In this document: positions 61,385 to 64,000 of the stretch, in pieces
Layout of the letters: every line of letters begins with the position of its first letter
How positions within the stretch are numbered: the stretch's first letter is position 1
Assembly (NCBI GenBank): GCA_963751455.1
Contig: CAVVUN010000003.1
Span: 256,001-320,000 of the forward strand
Direction of reading: 5' to 3'
Source: Nitrospirota bacterium
GTDB taxonomy: Bacteria > Nitrospirota > UBA9217
DNA: 64,000 bases
Notes under the pieces: model-generated
Told to the model about the DNA's origin: nothing
Database searches by the model: none
Seen by the model: only the letters and a program-made list of their open reading frames with translations
Translations under genes and position numbers: made by a program

Positions 61385-61474
61385 ACCGCGAAGTCGCGAG
61401 GAACGCGAGGAAAGCGAAATTCCCGGCCACAGGATAGTATTGCCTTCCTGGCGACCTTTGCGCCCTCGCGGTTC
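61385..61474. repeat. Nonamer-repeat inverted element
   Basis: CGCGAAGTCGCGAGGAACGCGAGG … CCTGGCGACCTTTGCGCCCTCGCGGTT. Confidence 0.6.
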
Positions 61475-61657
61475 AATCTTTTTAGTTCCGGCTTGTTGGC
61501 TTAAAGCACACCGTAATGACGTCGTGGAACTATTAACAACTAAGTTTACGTTGTACTAGTATAGCCCGCCAGGCGTCCATGGAAACGGTATGGCCGTGAA
61601 CGACGGCTGCTCGCGCTAGCCCTGAGCAGCGCTCACCGCGGCAAAAAACGCCGCTTA

Positions 61658-61798
61658 TTATCTTTTCTTTTTCTGATGTCCGGGCGTCAATTCCTTCTTG
61701 ATCTGACCGGGCGGCACATGCTTTTTTACAATGCACGCTGATGCCGTTCCCAGCACGAATACGCTGAGCATAAGCACTATAATGAATCTGTTTCTCAT
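61658..61798 (-). CDS. 46-aa lipoprotein with PPGQIKK motif
   Basis: Lipobox ASAC; PPGQIKK / PGHQKK; SD AAGGGG. Confidence 0.7.
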   Translation of the reverse strand: MRNRFIIVLMLSVFVLGTASACIVKKHVPPGQIKKELTPGHQKKKR

Positions 61799-61999
61799 GT
61801 CAAGCCCCCTTACCAGTAGAGAACATTTCTGCACCGGATTAAAAAATTTCGCTATGTTCCATGAATTTTTCGACGAAGTCAATAGTTTTCTATTGGGCCT
61901 GACAACGCAGTCCGCTGTTAACATAATCTCCTGCAAATTTTGATACAATAAGATATTAACACGGCCGCATTCTCTTGTATCCCTGATTAAGGAGTTTAA

Positions 62000-63562
62000 T
62001 TGAAACGTCTGCTTGTTATAATGACATGGTTGCTGGTCGCTGCATTCGCATTGCTTGCGCGTGCAATAGATGCGGAATCAGTCGAGGAGCTGGGACTGTC
62101 CCGCCGCGACAGTACTACTCTTTCTGCTCCCGTCACTACGGATGAAGGCAGCTGCCCTCCTGGGCCCGATGCCGGCATTTGTACGGACACGGGCGAAAAA
62201 CAGGTTGCACCGTTGCCGCAAAACAGGACCTCTCCTGATCAGGCCCAAAAGCAGCTTAAACAGAACCAGCCTGAAGCCGTGCCCTCGCCGAGGGCTGGAA
62301 GGAAAGCGCCGAAAGAGCCCGGAGAGCACGGCAGCTTCACTGTCTATTTCTTCTATGGAGAGGGGTGCCGGCATTGTTCGGATGAAAAACCGTTTCTGGA
62401 TGGACTCAGCAAGCGCTTTCCCGGCATGGAGGTCAAATCCTATGAAGTATGGCATGATCGTACCAACGCGGCCTTGATGTCCGCTTTTGCGCGGGCCTAT
62501 GATGTCGAGGCAGCCGGCGTTCCGATGACCTTCATCGACCGGAATGCTTTTATCGGCTTCACCTCCGCAACCGGCCGCGAGCTGGCGTCCGCTGCAAGAC
62601 GCTGCAGCGCGGGTACCTGTGCAGATCCAGCAGCTCTTGCATCAGGAAAGGGTGCGCTTGAAGCGACGCCGCGGATAGATGGCGCCGGACCGGATACTGT
62701 TTCATCAGAGCTGCAGGCTAAGAGAGGTGCCGACACCGCCCTTGATCTCCCGTTTTTCGGCAGGGTGGATGCCGCTGGCCGGTCCCTGCCGTTTTTGACG
62801 GTCATGATTGCGGGGATGGACAGCTTCAATCCCTGCGCTTTCTTCGTGCTCCTGTCCCTGCTGGGGCTCATGATCCATGCGCGGTCGCGAAGACGCATGC
62901 TCCTGGTCGGCGGAACTTTTGTTTTCTTCTCGGGGTTCCTGTATTTTATTTTCATGGCCGCATGGCTGAACGTGTTCCTCGTAATGGGGCAGGTTTCCAT
63001 GATAACGACAGTGGCCGGCGTATTGTCCCTGATCATCGCGCTTATTAATATCAAGGATTTTTTTCTGTTTAAAAAGGGCGTCTCCCTCACCATTCCGGAG
63101 AGTGCAAAGCCGAAGCTCTTCGAGCGGATGCGTGGTCTGCTCAGGACTTCATCGCTGCCTGCCCTTGTTTTGGGCACGTCCATCCTTGCCATTGCCGCCA
63201 ATGCCTACGAACTTCTGTGCACAGCCGGCTTCCCGATGGTCTACACGCGCATTCTGACCCTGCACACGCTTCCGGCTGTTTCCTATTACCTCTTCCTGGT
63301 TCTTTATAATGTGGTGTATGTAGTCCCGCTTCTCGTGATCGTCGGTGTTTTTGCGGCGACGCTCGGAAGGAAGCAGCTGACGGAACAGCAGGGCCGAGTG
63401 CTCAAACTGCTCTCGGGCATCATGATGCTCAGCCTTGCGCTGGTGCTGCTGATCAAGCCGGAGCTGCTCAACAATGTGCTGATTTCGTCCGTGATCCTTG
63501 TCGGGTCTGTGGGTGTATCGATTGTTATTGCTTCCATTACCCGAAGATTACGGTTTCAATAA
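62000..63562 (+). CDS. Thioredoxin/glutaredoxin domain fused to a DsbD-like membrane domain
   Basis: GCRHC, GVPMTF, DSFNPCA, ELLCTAGFP. Confidence 0.85.
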   Translation: MKRLLVIMTWLLVAAFALLARAIDAESVEELGLSRRDSTTLSAPVTTDEGSCPPGPDAGICTDTGEKQVAPLPQNRTSPDQAQKQLKQNQPEAVPSPRAGRKAPKEPGEHGSFTVYFFYGEGCRHCSDEKPFLDGLSKRFPGMEVKSYEVWHDRTNAALMSAFARAYDVEAAGVPMTFIDRNAFIGFTSATGRELASAARRCSAGTCADPAALASGKGALEATPRIDGAGPDTVSSELQAKRGADTALDLPFFGRVDAAGRSLPFLTVMIAGMDSFNPCAFFVLLSLLGLMIHARSRRRMLLVGGTFVFFSGFLYFIFMAAWLNVFLVMGQVSMITTVAGVLSLIIALINIKDFFLFKKGVSLTIPESAKPKLFERMRGLLRTSSLPALVLGTSILAIAANAYELLCTAGFPMVYTRILTLHTLPAVSYYLFLVLYNVVYVVPLLVIVGVFAATLGRKQLTEQQGRVLKLLSGIMMLSLALVLLIKPELLNNVLISSVILVGSVGVSIVIASITRRLRFQ

Positions 63563-63736
63563 GGAGGATTTTGTTGGTCCAAATACTCGGGACAATATTT
63601 TTTTCAGATACAGACATGGAGCGCTTTGAAAAACGGGGGCTTTTTATAGACAAGGATGACGGGAAAAAGAGCTTTTGAACGCAGGTCAAGGCAAAAGGGC
63701 CGGACTACTATCACTATTGACCGGGCTTGACGTTTT

Positions 63737-63967
63737 TCATGCCTTCCGGCCTTTTCTGATCCTCCCGATTATGCTCTTTACTCTTGCGAGCAATGTCCGG
63801 GCCCATATGAATTCTGTAGCGAGAATGGCAAGACCGGCAAGTATTATGAGCAGGCCGGGTCCGGGCAGTGCAATCATAACGATGCCCATTAAAACAATGC
63901 CCATACCGATGATGCCGACCATCATGGGTTTCGCCTGCTTCAATGCTTTACTCATAAAATCGATCAT
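63737..63967 (-). CDS. PGPGW-domain small membrane protein
   Basis: LPGPGLL…GLAILATEFIWA. Confidence 0.85.
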   Translation of the reverse strand: MIDFMSKALKQAKPMMVGIIGMGIVLMGIVMIALPGPGLLIILAGLAILATEFIWARTLLARVKSIIGRIRKGRKA

Positions 63968-64000
63968 ACCCGGAATTCCTTTGCCCTTACGATACGGTTT

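Noticed and set aside
61915-61945. dif-like XerD arm (TTATGTTAAC on the minus strand)
   Set aside because: No matching XerC arm at 6-bp spacing

Overview
64 kb of bacterial chromosome; the gene content suggests an anaerobic Nitrospirota or Desulfobacterota-like organism (inference only). It is an accessory-rich patchwork of signalling genes, lipoproteins, gene fragments, two complete IS1380-family elements and many small intergenic repeats. No rRNA, tRNA or CRISPR array was seen. Highlights: (1) a radical SAM/SPASM enzyme of the rSAM-lipoprotein (splicease-like) type, coupled to two paralogous Tat-signal lipoproteins with an X-Y-G-P motif next to the lipobox Cys and an Ig-like domain (48.5-50.6 kb); (2) a same-orientation repeat family in the first 31 kb, made of the two halves of a dyad site CATCTTGAGGT-C-ACCTCAAGATG plus a 7-bp-periodic GTTNNTA tract, which brackets genes like cassette junctions; (3) a 144-bp palindromic element inserted in frame into a receiver domain; (4) a c-di-GMP-II riboswitch of the GCG-variant type ahead of a truncated secreted-protein gene; (5) a UGA-recoded DsbA/FrnE selenoprotein with a SECIS-like hairpin; (6) a GH36 glycosidase with an FG-GAP repeat block inserted into its catalytic barrel. 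All family calls come from motif recognition by eye, not database searches.
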